Source: Lytechinus pictus
Taxonomy: Eukaryota
Length of the DNA stretch: 64,000 nt
Assembly: GCF_037042905.1 (NCBI RefSeq)
Contig: NW_026974140.1
Coordinates: forward strand, 124,001 to 188,000
Direction of reading: 5' to 3'
The position numbers and the translations under genes were made by a program. The notes under the pieces were generated by a model. That model did not search any database. It was not told the DNA's origin and saw only the letters and a program-made list of their open reading frames with translations. Shown here piece by piece: positions 1 through 13,581 of this stretch; the stretch's first letter is position 1, and every line of letters starts with the position of its first letter.

Positions 1-552
1 TCGTTTTCGGATTAACGAACCTTATTTCTTTTTTGGATTAACGAACCTTCGGAATTACGAACCTTATTTCGTTTTCGGATTAACGAACCCTCGGAATTAC
101 GAACCTTCGGAAATACGAACCTTCGGAATTACGATTGTATGCGGATGAGGTAATGTTTCGCTATGAACTTTTGAATTTTGGGTGCATTGTACTGTTAATA
201 TTTATAAAACGTGGATTTAATTGAATTGGTTTTCACAATGATCTAGGACTTTGTTTACAACCACTGTCTGTTCTTCAGATTTTGAGTGTTATCAATCATG
301 AGCATACGGCCACAACAATAATTATTTCTTTGTGTGCTTTTTTTCAAAAACAGTAATGTTAAAACTACACCGCCGGTTTCAAAGAGGATGATCATAACAT
401 GGAATACCTCCATGATCATACCAAGCATTGTACACTACAGCGTATCCCACAAGCATGTCAATGGCACTTTAACTGAGTATAATGTGAAATTACTAAATCC
501 TATTGTATATAATTTATGTAATCATAAATTAACATTTTTTCATACAACTGGC
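1..552 (+). repeat. Direct duplicate of 3837-4430; begins with a 16-bp minisatellite (TTCGGAATTACGAACC variants, 1-135)
   Basis: Near-identical sequence up to CATACAACTGGC in both places; the ORF track gives the same translation at 334 and 4212. Confidence 0.9.
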
Positions 553-720
553 ATAATGATGATGATGATGATTCTGATGGTAATAACATTAATAATAAGA
601 AGGTGAAGGAGAATAATAATGATAATAATAGCAATAACAATAATGATAATGATTACGATAATAGAAATACTAATAATGATAATAATAATAACAATAATAA
701 ATGAATAAATAAATAATGAG
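553..720. repeat. Degenerate (AAT/GAT)n microsatellite
   Basis: Runs of aataataat and gatgatgat. Confidence 0.85.
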
Positions 721-2489
721 TGTGATGATTGCAGTGCGATGAGAGTTGGAAATGACAGCCTTCTTTACTCATATATTTATAACGAGAACTATTTTGTGAG
801 AATGCTAAAAAAACAAAGTATAAGACCTTTCCACAACCCCCCCCCCTCCCCTACCCCCCAAAAATCTCCCCCAAACCGTGCACATTTGCAGGCAGAAAAA
901 AGCCTTGACACAAGAATACTACCATACCGGCCTGCAAAAGAACCGATCGATAGCTCATGAATATTCATAAAACAATAGCGAATGGGCGAGTAGCGTTGGT
1001 TGAGAGACATCGTACCGCTCTGTCATTGGTCAATTCTGAGCTGAATGCCTTCGCACACTCGCCTTTGCTCTGCCCATAGAAGTATGTGTATTGCTACACA
1101 CAACCTTTATATCACACGTGTCTATAGGGGAAATCTTGATTCAGATCGCGGCAATATCCGAAATCAACTCTTCAAAATAATGATGCAAAAATGCCATTTT
1201 ACTAAAAAAAATGTCTATGTAAACCACTATTTTTTATATAACAAAATCAATTGTGAATTCCTTGCCAATATAACAACATAAAAAACACAAAATATAGTGT
1301 TGATTTTCTGGCTGTAAAATTGGTTGAACAAAAAAAAAGTTACTTGGGCAACTATAGCTGCCAGTGGCACTAGGGGGCTATGGGCAACTATAGCTGCCAA
1401 TGGCTCTTAAAGAGTTAAGAGTGTATATTGGAGAAATTTCTGAAAGATGTCCATGTTTTATTTGTGACTATTATTTATGTTAAATTGTTTGACATGTTTG
1501 AGATAGTTAATAAAAGAGTTATTACTGTTTAAATCCTGTTGATTATCTTCTTAGTGCATTTTCAGGAATGGGTGATGTGTATATTTGCATTTTAGAGGCA
1601 TCCCACAATTCACATTATTATCTACGTCATGCAGGATTAATCCTGATGATGATTCAGAAAAGGAGAGGAGTAGGCAAGGGACGTATATGGGCAATTCCAT
1701 AAAATAACCTTTTGTACGTCCGACCCCCATTTTCTCAAGTTTTACTTCACTTCATAAACTGACCAAGTCATGGTCATTTGGGAGCATTACAGACTGTCAA
1801 AAGAACAAGAAATCAGAGACAGAAAAAGTCATGAAAGTCCAACATATAGGGCTTATTAATCAACAACACACTAACATTGTAACGATTATATCACAGTGTG
1901 TCAGAGTGTTGGGGTGTGTGACTGTGTGAGTTTGTGTTTTGGTGTGGGTGGTTGCGTGGGTGTGTTCGGGTGTACTGAGGCGATCGGGTTAGTACAGAGA
2001 TATCCTAAAATAATGTCCTTAACTATCATGACTATTGTCTGCGTCCGTGTAAACTCACTTTTTATCTGGTCTTCGACGTCATATCACATTTCAATGGTAT
2101 GCAAGTTTATTGTTGACATGTAGGATGTCTGAATTGAGACTACCTTATATGCAGGACAGAGGCCGGGGAGGGGGGGGGGTGTGGGAGTTCCCTGGAGGAA
2201 AAGTGAAGGAAAGGAGGAAAGGTATATAATTTTTTTTTAAAGGTATATCCCATTTTTTTGTCAATTTAAACAGATTATTGTGCTCACGATGCGATTTTTG
2301 TAGCTTTCAGCGAGATACGCGATTACGCATTCTTTTCATGATTACAAAAGTACTGAATATGGAAAAAAATGTTTAGCTTGCGCTACGAGCTCCCATCATT
2401 TTATTAGAGAGATTTATATCCCATTCCTGGACTCCAAGTAATAATCTTTGAAATATCCACTTTTCTTGTCAGTCGGCCACTCTGCCTAT

Positions 2490-2599
<110 letters not shown>

Positions 2600-3122
2600 A
2601 ATATTTAAAACTCTTTGCATTCGCATTAATTGTTTTGTTTAGATGCTCACCCTATTCATGATTACAAAAGAAGTTTAAGTTGCTAGAGCTAAATCGACCA
2701 TGCTCCAAAATCTTGCTCGCTTCACTCAGGGGTGGCGGAACCGGGGACAGGGGGGGGGGGGTGGGTGGAAACTTGCCCCAAAAATCCCGTCGGAAAAAAA
2801 AGGGACCTTTTCAAAATGGAATACCCTTTTGGGCTCGCGCTTATTAGCACTCGCATCAGTTATTTTTTTTTACAAGAATGCTTAGAATGTCCAGTTTTCA
2901 GGTTGGAAAATCGGAAAAATTTGGCTCACGTTTTTCGCTCGCATCAAGTATTGTTTATTGAGGAACTCATTCTATTCCTGGTTACAAAAAATGTATAAAA
3001 CGTCTAGTTTTCAGGTTGGAATATCACAAATTTTAAGCTTGCGGTTCGCGCTCTCATTATTTAGTTCGTGAGATATACTATTCATGAGTCACTAAATGCA
3101 GTCCTTAAAAGGTTACTTTCTG

Positions 3123-3278
3123 AAGCCTGTTGCATAAAACTTTTTACCTGAGAATACTCTCGTAAAAACTGAAAACTAAGGTTAGTCTGATTTCCGCCAT
3201 TGACTTTAGCACAGGACAAAAACTCCGGTAAAAACAATCTGAGTTTTATTAGGTAAAACGTTTTATCCAACGGGGCCC
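3123..3278. mobile_element. PIF/Harbinger-like MITE, same family as 46045-46199
   Basis: Imperfect TIR GCCTGTTGCATAAAAC / GTTTTATCCAACGGGGC; CTG and CAG flanks; near-identical to the 46045 copy. Confidence 0.75.
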
Positions 3279-3789
3279 CAGGTCAGTATATAAACAAATT
3301 ACAGCTCGTGCTTCGCGCTCGCGTTAATTCTTTAGTAAGATACATATCTTTCTCACGATTACAAAAAATGCTCAGAATGTTTAAGTTCAAGTCTTGTTAC
3401 GTGAAATGTCTACTAGTTTGAGCTTGCGATTCGCGCTTTCAACATCTCACAAGGATCATTATTAGTATTATTTTTATTTTTATTACCAGCAGAAGCTGTT
3501 ATTAAAAATGACATCCCCTCCAATACAAATCCTATTATCTGGAGGTTACTCGCACGCGACCAACAAACTTAATCCCCTGCATCCTTAAACCATTTGCTAA
3601 AGGCAGCAATTTCTCAGATAAAATCGAAATTAGCCTATGCTTGATCCGGGCGCCTATTCTTAATGAAATACATGCTTTTTGGCCACAACACACGCATGTA
3701 TCATCGATCGTTATTACTATCATTGCATAATATCGTGTTATCTTGTAATGACAACACCGTGTTTGTTACCAAAATAAATAATTATCATT

Positions 3790-4430
3790 TTCGGAAATAC
3801 GAACCTTATTTAATTTTCGGATTAACGAACCTTATTTCGTTTTCGGATTAACGAACCTTATTTCTTTTTTGGATTAACGAACCTTCGGAATTACGAACCT
3901 TATTTCGTTTTCGGATTAACGAACCTTCGGAATTACGAACCTTATTTCGTTTTCGGATTAACGAACCTTCGGAATTACGAACCTTCGGAAATACGAACCT
4001 TCGGAATTACGATTGTATGCGGATGAGGTAATGTTTCGCTATGAACTTTTGAATTTTGGGTGCATTGTACTGTTAATATTTATAAAACGTGGATTTAATT
4101 GAATTGGTTTTCACAATGATCTAGGACTTTGTTTACAACCACTGTCTGTTCTTCAGATTTTGAGTGTTATCAATCATGAGCATACGGCCACAACAATAAT
4201 TATTTCTTTGTGTGCTTTTTTTCAAAAACAGTAATGTTAAAACTACAACGCCGGTTTCAAAGAGGATGATCATAACATGGAATACCTCCATGATCATACC
4301 AAGCATTGTACACTACAGCGTATCCCACAAGCATGTCAATGGCACTTTAACTGAGTATAATGTGAAATTACTAAATCCTATTGTATATAATTTATGTAAT
4401 CATAAATTAACATTTTTTCATACAACTGGC
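3790..4430 (+). repeat. 16-bp minisatellite (3790-4012) plus second copy of segment 1-552
   Basis: Tandem TTCGGA(A/T)TTACGAACC units followed by sequence matching 136-552. Confidence 0.9.
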
Positions 4431-5756
4431 TTGAATGTCATGCGATATTATTCATTAAACAAAGAGAGATGGGCCTTCTTTCAGATTTCATGAGAAAACC
4501 TCTCAGTCCAAGTTTCGTTATTGCGTTGAATAAAGTACGCACACAATCACGTCTTTATTCACTATTTATCTATTTCCTTTTTTTTTAGATTTTCGGCTCA
4601 CAACTTTCGGGCCGATACTTAAATTTAAGGAAAATGAAGGTTTAAGAAGATTGGCATGACATCTTTAATCAAACGTAATTAATCAAACATGAAATTGACT
4701 TTAAACCAATGGGATGCACGGTTAGTGACTTGCGGTTGATTTTTAGTTGTTTTTAAAGGCAACACTTTCTGCAACAGGCCCCTGGACTAGCATTATGCAA
4801 TCGAGAACATTCTGTTAAGATATTCGATCCGAATAAGGAAATATCTATTATGTCACTGGTTTTTGAGCTCAGAACCATTCATTGAGCTGATTGTGCCCTC
4901 AGAGTCCTTATATATAGGATTAGAGAACAATATAAAAAAAAATACACGGGGGTTTGGAAGGGCCCTGGGAACGATATTTTAACCGGGGGTGCTGATGTAA
5001 ATTTTACAAGCAAAAAAAAAATTCACTTAAAAATCAAGGTCACTTTGGTCCTGAGAAAGGGGGGGGGCACTTTTGTGTTACATTTATTAATTTATATTAG
5101 AATCCCAGGGGGGTGCTGCAAATGAAGAATAATACACGCAGCACCCCCAGTCCAATCTTGGGGGTGCTTAAGCACCCCCGCTTCCCAGGACCATGCCCCC
5201 CCTCCCTTTGCTGACTAAGTGATGTGTCATGTGTAGTGCCCGAAAGGATTACTTGGGGATGAAAATATCCCGTTTTCAAAATAATCGGTTCCAAAGATAT
5301 GCTGTACTATATTAGAGTTTTTTTTCTATTTCAGTTTAGCGAGATAGGCACCCTACTCAGGATTACAAAAAGATGCCGAATAAATTTTCAACCCGAGCTT
5401 CGCTCTGGCATTTTTTTATTTTACAAATGAGATAAACAGCTTGGTATCTGTTAAAAGGCATGCTATTGTCAGGTTAGAAAATGCAAAGTATTTTGCTTGC
5501 CCCTCGCGCTCGCATTGTTTAGGTAAATACGCATCAAGTTAATTATTAAACAAATGTGATAGCAAATCAAATTTTTAGCTCTCAGTCTCTCCCAATTTTA
5601 GCTCGCGCTTCATGCTGACGTTTTTGTTTGATGAGATATATATCCTTTTCTGCCATGAAAGACATGTTTAAAATGCTCTGTTTTTAATTCGAAATTTTCA
5701 ACTCACGGTTCGGGCTCGCATCAATCGTTCAATTAGATACTGATATAGTTCATGAT

Positions 5757-5952
5757 TTGGTGGTGATTTTTTTACCTCATTTAAGCATGAATGCTTGTAA
5801 GCAAGCAACCAGAGGACCGACGGCTTAAGGTCCTCTCCGAGTGTTCTTTAATGTGGATTTAAATACCTTACCAATGGGCACAAGCGCACCAAGTGGGAAT
5901 CGAAGGCAAGTCACCGGAATCCCCTCTCTACCCATTGAGCTATCGCGCCTTC
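5757..5952 (-). mobile_element. Degenerate tRNA-derived SINE
   Basis: Minus strand has an A-box-like GATAGCTCAATGGGTAGAG, a B-box-like TTCGATTCCC and a core GGAGAGGACCTTAAGCCGTCGGTCC; a related fragment lies at 63339-63378. Confidence 0.65.
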
Positions 5953-6124
5953 GAATGTTTCCTTTCTGAAAAAAGGCAGCCCGCGCTTGTACTGTTTTTT
6001 AATAGATACATAGTGTACTTTATTTCAAAACGTCATTAAATTGTCCAGTTTATAGATTGAAATATAAACAAAATCAGAACGCGTTAAAATGGACGAATTT
6101 GAGATGCGGAACACAACATTCTAT

Positions 6125-7060
6125 ACTATTGATAGTTTTCACAAACTTATATTTTGAGTAAATCACGATTTTGTGTTCCATATAGCCATATATGTGTGTG
6201 TAATATTCCAATTTGAAATGTATATTTATTAGACTTTTAATTTTAATTTACCCCAAGTAAGAATGATCGCATATCAAACAAAAATGTAATAAAAAACTTT
6301 AACATATTCCGTCAAAATATCAAAAAAGTTATTTTCGACATTCTTTCAGATTTTACGCGAAAATGATACTTTCACACAAAAGTGCATCCGCCCGTACGTT
6401 ATTCCTCAGTATTTCCGCAAGACTTTAAGCTGGGATGCCAAGAAATTACAAATTTTGCTATCCAAACTTCCAAAGTATAAAAACTCTTAGTATGTACTTT
6501 ATACATGTAATTATGAACATAATGTATGGTATGTTCAATTTTTAATTCAAAATGCGCACCTGGTAAAATATACATTAACCCTTTTCGGATAACATAAAAT
6601 GAGATATCTTCCATCTTAATTGAAAATTCTCATAATATTTGTAACATTAGGACATTTACTATACATTCAATGGGTAAACGCATTTAAATCGAAGAATTTA
6701 AGTTGTGTAAAAAACGTCAAACTATAGATAGTTTTCACAAACTTTTATTTTGAGGAAATCGCGGTTTTATGTTTCACTGCACCATATATGTGTGTGTAAT
6801 ATTCAAATTTGAAATGTATATTTATCAGACTTATAATTTGAAAATTCAAATAAAAAGGATTGCATATCAAAGGTAATCAAAAATCTTAACCTATTCCGTC
6901 AAAATATAAAAATGCGTGATTTTCGACATTCTTTCAGATTTCACGCTAAAATGACACTTTCACGCAAAAGTGCGCTTGGCATCCGGCTGTACGCTATTCC
7001 ATGGTATTTTAGCAAGACTTTTAGCTAGGATACCAAGCATTAACAATTTTTGCCTTCGAA
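6125..7060 (+). repeat. Diverged ~335-bp direct repeat (6125-6460 vs 6722-7057), probably internal to an old DNA element
   Basis: Both copies run from GATAGTTTTCACAAACTT to CAAGACTTT..AGCT.GGAT.CCAAG. Confidence 0.7.
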
Positions 7061-8349
7061 TCCTTATCTAGAGCCCTTTTTGACGTTTGGCCGGTCTACT
7101 ATTATGCCATATTCAATTTTCCATTGTTTAAAAAAAAAATAATTAGAATAGTGATATGTTCAATCTTTATAGGCCTCTACAGCAATTATGCCATTCATTT
7201 CACACAACTTCACTTTCAATCTCTCTCATAATTTAATATTAAAGTGTGTCAATCACCAAAAAAGAATCTGCTCTTGTTATCAGAGGTCCTGGAATATTCA
7301 AATTGTGATTTCTGAAATAATTTGTATGAAGATATATTAAAGAAATAATATCTCTCCATAGGCACAAACGACTTCATGCAATGGAAAATGAGTATCAATA
7401 TTTCTGAAGGCTTGCACTTAAATACAAACTTTAATTAATAACATGCCCAATAGATATATTTTAGTTTTCATTTTCAATTTGCTTTAAAACACACTATTTC
7501 AGTAGATTGAGAGAACCTTCTCAGACCCATAGATTCTGTACAGTGACCCAGGCCAAGGCCGGCAAAATGTGGACTTGAGGCCAGCCTTGACTACATCCCT
7601 GATTGAAATTGAAAAGATTGATTGATCTGTGCATAAAAACGAAGAGAACACTGTTGAATACATTCGTTATTGATGGACCTTTTACATTTTTTTTTCTTTG
7701 TTCCTTGCTTACGAGGATTTGCTTTTGAGATTTAATTATATTCAATAGAATTTCAGATTATTTACTGTCAAAATATCTCAGTCAGTGGGTATTTCTTCAC
7801 CAAGTGCTTCACCACTGAATGTCTTGTTTGATATTGACGGAGTCTCATGCAGTAAGACCACAATCCTTAGGGTTGGCACGAAGAATTGATAGAAGTCCAG
7901 TCAGGATAGCCACAAACATCTCTACCTGAAAAAGCAAATCTGGTTTCCTGAAGCAGTGAAATTTGAGATGAACAGCAACATCCTCATTCTGAATTCCTTA
8001 TTGCAATAATTCAGGAGCAGCTCTGAATTCAGTTCTGATAATCAACCTGTTCATAAACAAATAATAAAGAAATTTTAAAAATAATCATATATAGCATGGG
8101 ATTTTTCAAATAATTATGCATAAATGGAAGGGGACAGTGGTTTACTTCTGAGACCATGATAATTTGCAATTTCCCCTCAAATTAATCAAAAAAATTGTGA
8201 ACTAATTGTGTTTCCCCAGAATCAATAAGATATGAAATGGAAATAAATTATGTGATAAAGTCAATCAATGACGGCAAAATATTCTTACATTCAGGTCATG
8301 AATTTCAGCTGACCCCACTCTCATCTTTAAACAATTATATGATGGTATA

Positions 8350-8899
8350 GTTACCGTGTGGTTACTGGGAATGAACGATCATCCACCTACCCTTTCAATC
8401 AAGGCGTTCCGCAAGGATCAGTATTAGGACCGACTTTGTTTACACTCTATATTTCTCCATTGGAATCCATAATTTATAGAAATCATATCCAAAAGATGTT
8501 TTATGCAGATGATACGCAACTTTGTGCATTGTATGCAAGCAATCAAACAATGGTCTAAAACGAATAGTCTAAAACTGAACCGTAGTAAAACAGAATTCCT
8601 TCATATTTTATCACGTTTACGAGAAACAACCCCAATACAGAGTTTAGATCTTGATGAAACATCAATTCCTAGTAGCAAATCATGTAGAAACCTAGGGGCA
8701 ATATTTGACTCACGGATGACATTTGAGAACTTTATATCACATAAATGTCGCACTGTATCATACGCTCTTTATAGGAAATAGGAAATAGGAAAAAAAAATC
8801 GAAATTATCTGGATAAACCTACAACTGAAAAACTAATACATGCATTTGTTCTCTGTCATATTGATTTCTGTAACAGCCTAATTTTCGGTTTAACACAGC
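8350..8899 (+). pseudogene. 5'-truncated L2-clade LINE, RT fragment (left part, copy A)
   Basis: GVPQGSVLGPTLFTLY and FYADDTQL motifs, LKLNRSKTE, RNLGAIFD; a ~45-bp deletion near 8522 relative to copies B and C. Confidence 0.9.
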
Positions 8900-9787
8900 C
8901 ATGGGCGGAAATCTGTCCCGAAAGGTAGGGGGGGGGGACAACGGGCTGATCCAGCCTTGGGGGGGGGAACATTTTCAGCCATATGTTAATCCCCGATCGG
9001 CCGCTCGAAGGTAATTTTTGTATGTTTCATTGAAGGAGTAGTCCTCATGGTCACTTTTTAGCTTTATTCTTATGAATTAACATAGATATATGATATCATT
9101 GCCCTTATTTATATAATGCGAGCGCGAAGCGCGAGCAAACTTTTTTATGTATATTTTTCCCTAAAATTTGAACATTTTGGGCAATGTTTGTTATCCTGAA
9201 AAAGATGTATATACAACTAAATATTTACTACGACCGCGAAGTGCGAGCAGAGGTTAACTGATGAAAAAGGTACTTGTTAAAGACTGCTTGCAATTAGCCA
9301 TGAAGACGTTACAAATTTCAACAATCAAATAATGCGAGTGCAAAGCGCGAGCTGACATTTTTTGAAATTTTTACCTAAAGACTGGAAATTCTAAGCACTT
9401 TTTGTATCTTAAACATATAATAGGTCTATAACTAAACAATTGATGCGAAGCGCGAGCGGAAAGTTTTGAGATTTAGACCTAAGAACGAGACACTCTATTC
9501 ATGTTTTGTAAATTATGAAAAGGATGAGTAATTAGGTTTTTTTTCTTACACCCGGTCCTTACATTAATAAAGCGAGTGCAAAATGCAGCCAGAAAATGTT
9601 CATATACGTTTAATTTGAATTGATCGAAAAGGTACTTATTAAGGGCTGCTTGCACTTAGCCATGAAGACGTTACATATTTCAACAATCATTGCCAGCGCG
9701 AATCGCGAGCTTAAAATTGTTGACATTTTTTTCAAAAAGAATCGAAAATTTTAATCAATTTTTGTAATCGTGAACAGGGTAGCTATA

Positions 9788-10605
9788 CAGTGCGTCCCAC
9801 AAAAAACGAAACCGAGATTTATCGATGATTTATCATAACTTAATCGCAAATAAAATAGACAAATGACCTACAATTTTAAAGCTTAGAATCTCCTCTTTCA
9901 TCTGAAATTACTTAGATTATTTCTCATTCACGCATGAGTGAGCAAAAACAATTTGAAAAGGGGATACCAAAAAGTCACTTGGCGGGCCGTATCTGGGTTT
10001 TAAAAAGAAAACCACATTTTTAATATGTTCAATATCTGCTCTTTAATTTGATACCTCAATTACAGAAAATGGTCAAGAAATAACAAAGTTCTGGTTATTT
10101 GAAATAAGGCTTGAATTTCAATAATTTCATAAAATGAAGAGGTTTTACAGGCGAGCGTTCAAACTCACTCGACACTCCGTTTTGTTGACGATCAGCCATG
10201 CATTAAGTCTTTTGTTACCGTGCGATAGCTTCTGAGGGAAACCGGTGAAAACACGTTTATTTAATGAAATTATGGAAATACAAGCATTGTTTCGAGGGAT
10301 CATAACTTTTTTACTACTTTACCATTTTCTGTGATTTAGGTATCAAAGAAGAGAGAAGATATTGAACTTTTTAGTCATGTGAATTTTTTTTTGAAATTCA
10401 GATACCCCCCGCCAAATTAGTTTTTTGCATCCTTTCTTCGAATTGTATTTTCTCAATCATGCGTGAATGAGGAATAATCTAAGTAATACTAGATGAAAGA
10501 GGAGATTCTAAGCTTTACATTGGTAGGTCAAAGTCTATTTTATTTATGATTAGGTTATGATAAATCATCGCTAAATCTCGGTTTCGTTTTTTCTGGGACG
10601 CACTG
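9788..10605. mobile_element. Tc1/mariner-type MITE with long TIRs, private to copy A
   Basis: CAGTGCGTCCCA...TGGGACGCACTG, TA duplication, ~300-bp imperfect inverted arms; empty site GCTATATAAC in copy B (~29844) and copy C (~51654). Confidence 0.92.
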
Positions 10606-12445
10606 TATAACTAAACAATTGATGTAAGCGAAGCGTGAGCAGAAAAAAATACGAGATTTAGACCTAAAAACGGGACACTCATGTTTTGTAAATCATGAAA
10701 AGGATGAGTAATAGGGGATCTTTCTACATTTATAATGCGAGCACAAAGCGCGAGCAGAAAAAAAATTGATATTGTAATCTGAAACTGGATAATGATTTAA
10801 ATAGAGAACAAATTGAATATCTAAATAAACATGAGCGTGTTTCAGATTTAGACCTAGAATCTCAGTATTTTACACATCTATCAGCGAGCGCGAAGCGCGA
10901 GTTTAAACTATTTGATATTTCGATCTGAAAAAAAGAGCCAATTTCAGCTATATATTTCCTGCACTTTGTAGGAAAATTGTGAGGTGGATATGGATCACAC
11001 TTAATATTTCATTATTATTTGAGTTTTGACATAGGACCGGGACATCCTTAGGACAAGTCATATGAAAATGATGACTATCTTCCTATTCCTCTTACTAAGC
11101 GCGAGATGAAACAAAAGGGACAATTTAATCATTAAATTGATATCTTATTTATTAATGCATAATGCGGGCGAGAAATCTGATGATATTATGGCCTGAAAAC
11201 TGGACATTTTAAGCACATTTGTAATTAGGAATATAATGCATCATATGAAATATTTTTAACCATCAATGCGAGCGCAAATCGCGAGCCAAAATCGTTGATA
11301 AACCTTCATGAAAATCAATATTGAGACATACATCAATCGCCAATCAAAATACGAGTAGCACTATCTGCTACGTTTTGTCAATCAGACTTGAAAAGGGATA
11401 TTTGCAATCTAAATGGAATACACAAAAATAATAGGTACTGAATAAATCGAGTTTTGCGAGCGCTCAGAGCGAGTAGAAAATGTCAATATTCAGACCATAA
11501 AGCTGTAACTTTTATAAGTCACTTTTTTTTTATCCGTTTGTAAATCACACAAAATAACGAAAGTTCGATTTCCGAGGTGAAATGTATAATGTATATTGAC
11601 TTCCAAACATGATATTTAAGCTCCATATTGAACAAGTGGAACGCCTCTGGCTGTCTCACCTGCATCACGCGATTCAATATAGCAGCAGAGCTGACTTTGA
11701 AAACTACTATAAAATGATTATTCACAAAAAACACCATTCATATAATGACACAATACTACGTTCATTGACATTTGACCTTGATCATGTGACCTAACACTTG
11801 CCAGTGATACTTGATTACCCCCATATCCACATTTTATACACTACATGTATATCTATAAACTTTGAAAGTTATGACAGCAATCTAATAATTCCTCTAAAAT
11901 GGCAAGTATGACCTTAAATGACCTTTGACTTTGGTCATGTGACCTGAAACTTGCATGAGATGTTCAGTGATACTAGATGACTCTTATGTCCAAGTTTTAT
12001 GAACTATACCAATATACTTACAGAGTTATGATGGTAACTCAACAAATACCCCCAAAATGGCCAAAGTTCATTGACCTGAAATGACCTTTGACATTGGCCA
12101 TGTGACCTGAAACTCAGACAGGATGTTTAAATATACTTGATTACTCTTATGTCCCAGTTTCATGAATCAGATCCATAAACTTTTAAAGTTATGACGGTAA
12201 TTCACCAGATACCCCCCATATTGCCAAAGTTCATTGACCTTTGTGACCAAAGTTCATTGACCCATGTGACCTGAAATTCGCACAGAATGTATGGTGATAC
12301 TTGATTACTCTTATGTCCAAGTTTCATGAATCAGATCTATAAACTTTCAAAGTTATGACAGTAATTCATCAGATACCCAAAGTTTTACCCAAAGTTCATT
12401 AACCCATGTGACCTGAAATTTTCTCACAGAATGTTCAGTGATACT

Positions 12446-13207
12446 AGTACTAACACCACTACTAGTCTCAATTCAGACCTAGCTGTTTCACCGAAGGAGC
12501 TCTTAAATGCAGCTGAATTCGTCGAGGCTCTTGAGAAATGTGTTGCCAAAATCCTCAAAGCGAGGATTGAAAAGAATGAGGAAAGAATAGATAAATAGGA
12601 GGGTGAGATCCATGACTTGAGGGTAGACCTAGCTATGAAGGAGAAGGAGATAAAGACCCTCAAGTCATCTGTGGAAAAACTGGAATCAAGGATGGCGGCT
12701 TGTCAGACTAGGGCTGACGATCTGGAACAATACAGCAGACGAAATAATGTGCGTGTTTTTGGAGTCCCAGAAGCACCAGATGAAGACACTGACGATAAGG
12801 TGATCAAGATCGTGTCAAACCACCTTGGCTACAACTTGACCAAGGCCGAGATTGATAGATCCCATCGTTCCGGAAAGCCCCGCTCTCCAAACAGCAAGCC
12901 CCGCCCGATATTAGTGAAATTATGTTCACACAGAAGTAAGTTTGCGCTGCTGAAGAATCGACGAAAGATGAAGGACTCTGGCATCTCCATCCAAGAGGAT
13001 TTGACTAGGGCAAATCATGAGATTTTAATGAAACTGGTGAAACACCCCAAAGTGGCTGCTGCCTGGTCAGCTGATGGAAGGGTTATTGCTGCCCTAAAAA
13101 ACTCCCAAGATGGTGTCCAAGTTAAGAAGGTCTTTACATCTCTGCAACAAGTTACTGCCTTGAAAACTGTTTCTTGGGATCATATTTACTTCACTACATG
13201 TATGTAG
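12446..13207 (+). pseudogene. LINE ORF1 (coiled coil plus L1-ORF1/Transposase_22-like RRM), truncated, with in-frame TAG at 12596
   Basis: DDLEQYSRRNNVRVFGVPE, IDRSHR, RPILVK, ISIQEDLT; the frame is open from the element's first base to the stop. Confidence 0.88.
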
Positions 13208-13581
13208 CTATAAACTGCTAATAATCTTTCTTAAAGTATCCCAGAGGGTAAACTCATTGTTTTCTCCTTGTATTACTTTTTTTTTCTTTTACCTTGAATA
13301 ATCATTGATCACTTTTTCTTGGTGTTTTGTAAGACAAACTCAATGTTTGTTACTTTTGTGTGCTATATTTACCTTTCATTGTATATATTTACTCATCTAC
13401 ATATGTTGATGCTCCTGTATGTTTCTTTTTGTGTGTGTTTGTGTCTGGGTGTGTACGTGCGTGATTGGCTACCCCAAGCTGTACTTTAGCATGTTTAGGT
13501 ATTTGATGTATATTTTTTAAATTGATATTCCAAGATGTTTAAGGCTACCGAAATTCTACTTAGTATGTACATCTCTTCATC

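Noticed and set aside
1..135. Short regular repeats (also 3790, 23030, 25746, 58116) as CRISPR arrays
   Set aside because: Contiguous tandem units without unique spacers, no cas genes, eukaryotic TE context
334..606. Duplicated 90-aa ORF (also 4212)
   Set aside because: GTG start, no motif, C-termini differ and one is a microsatellite; similarity reflects DNA duplication only
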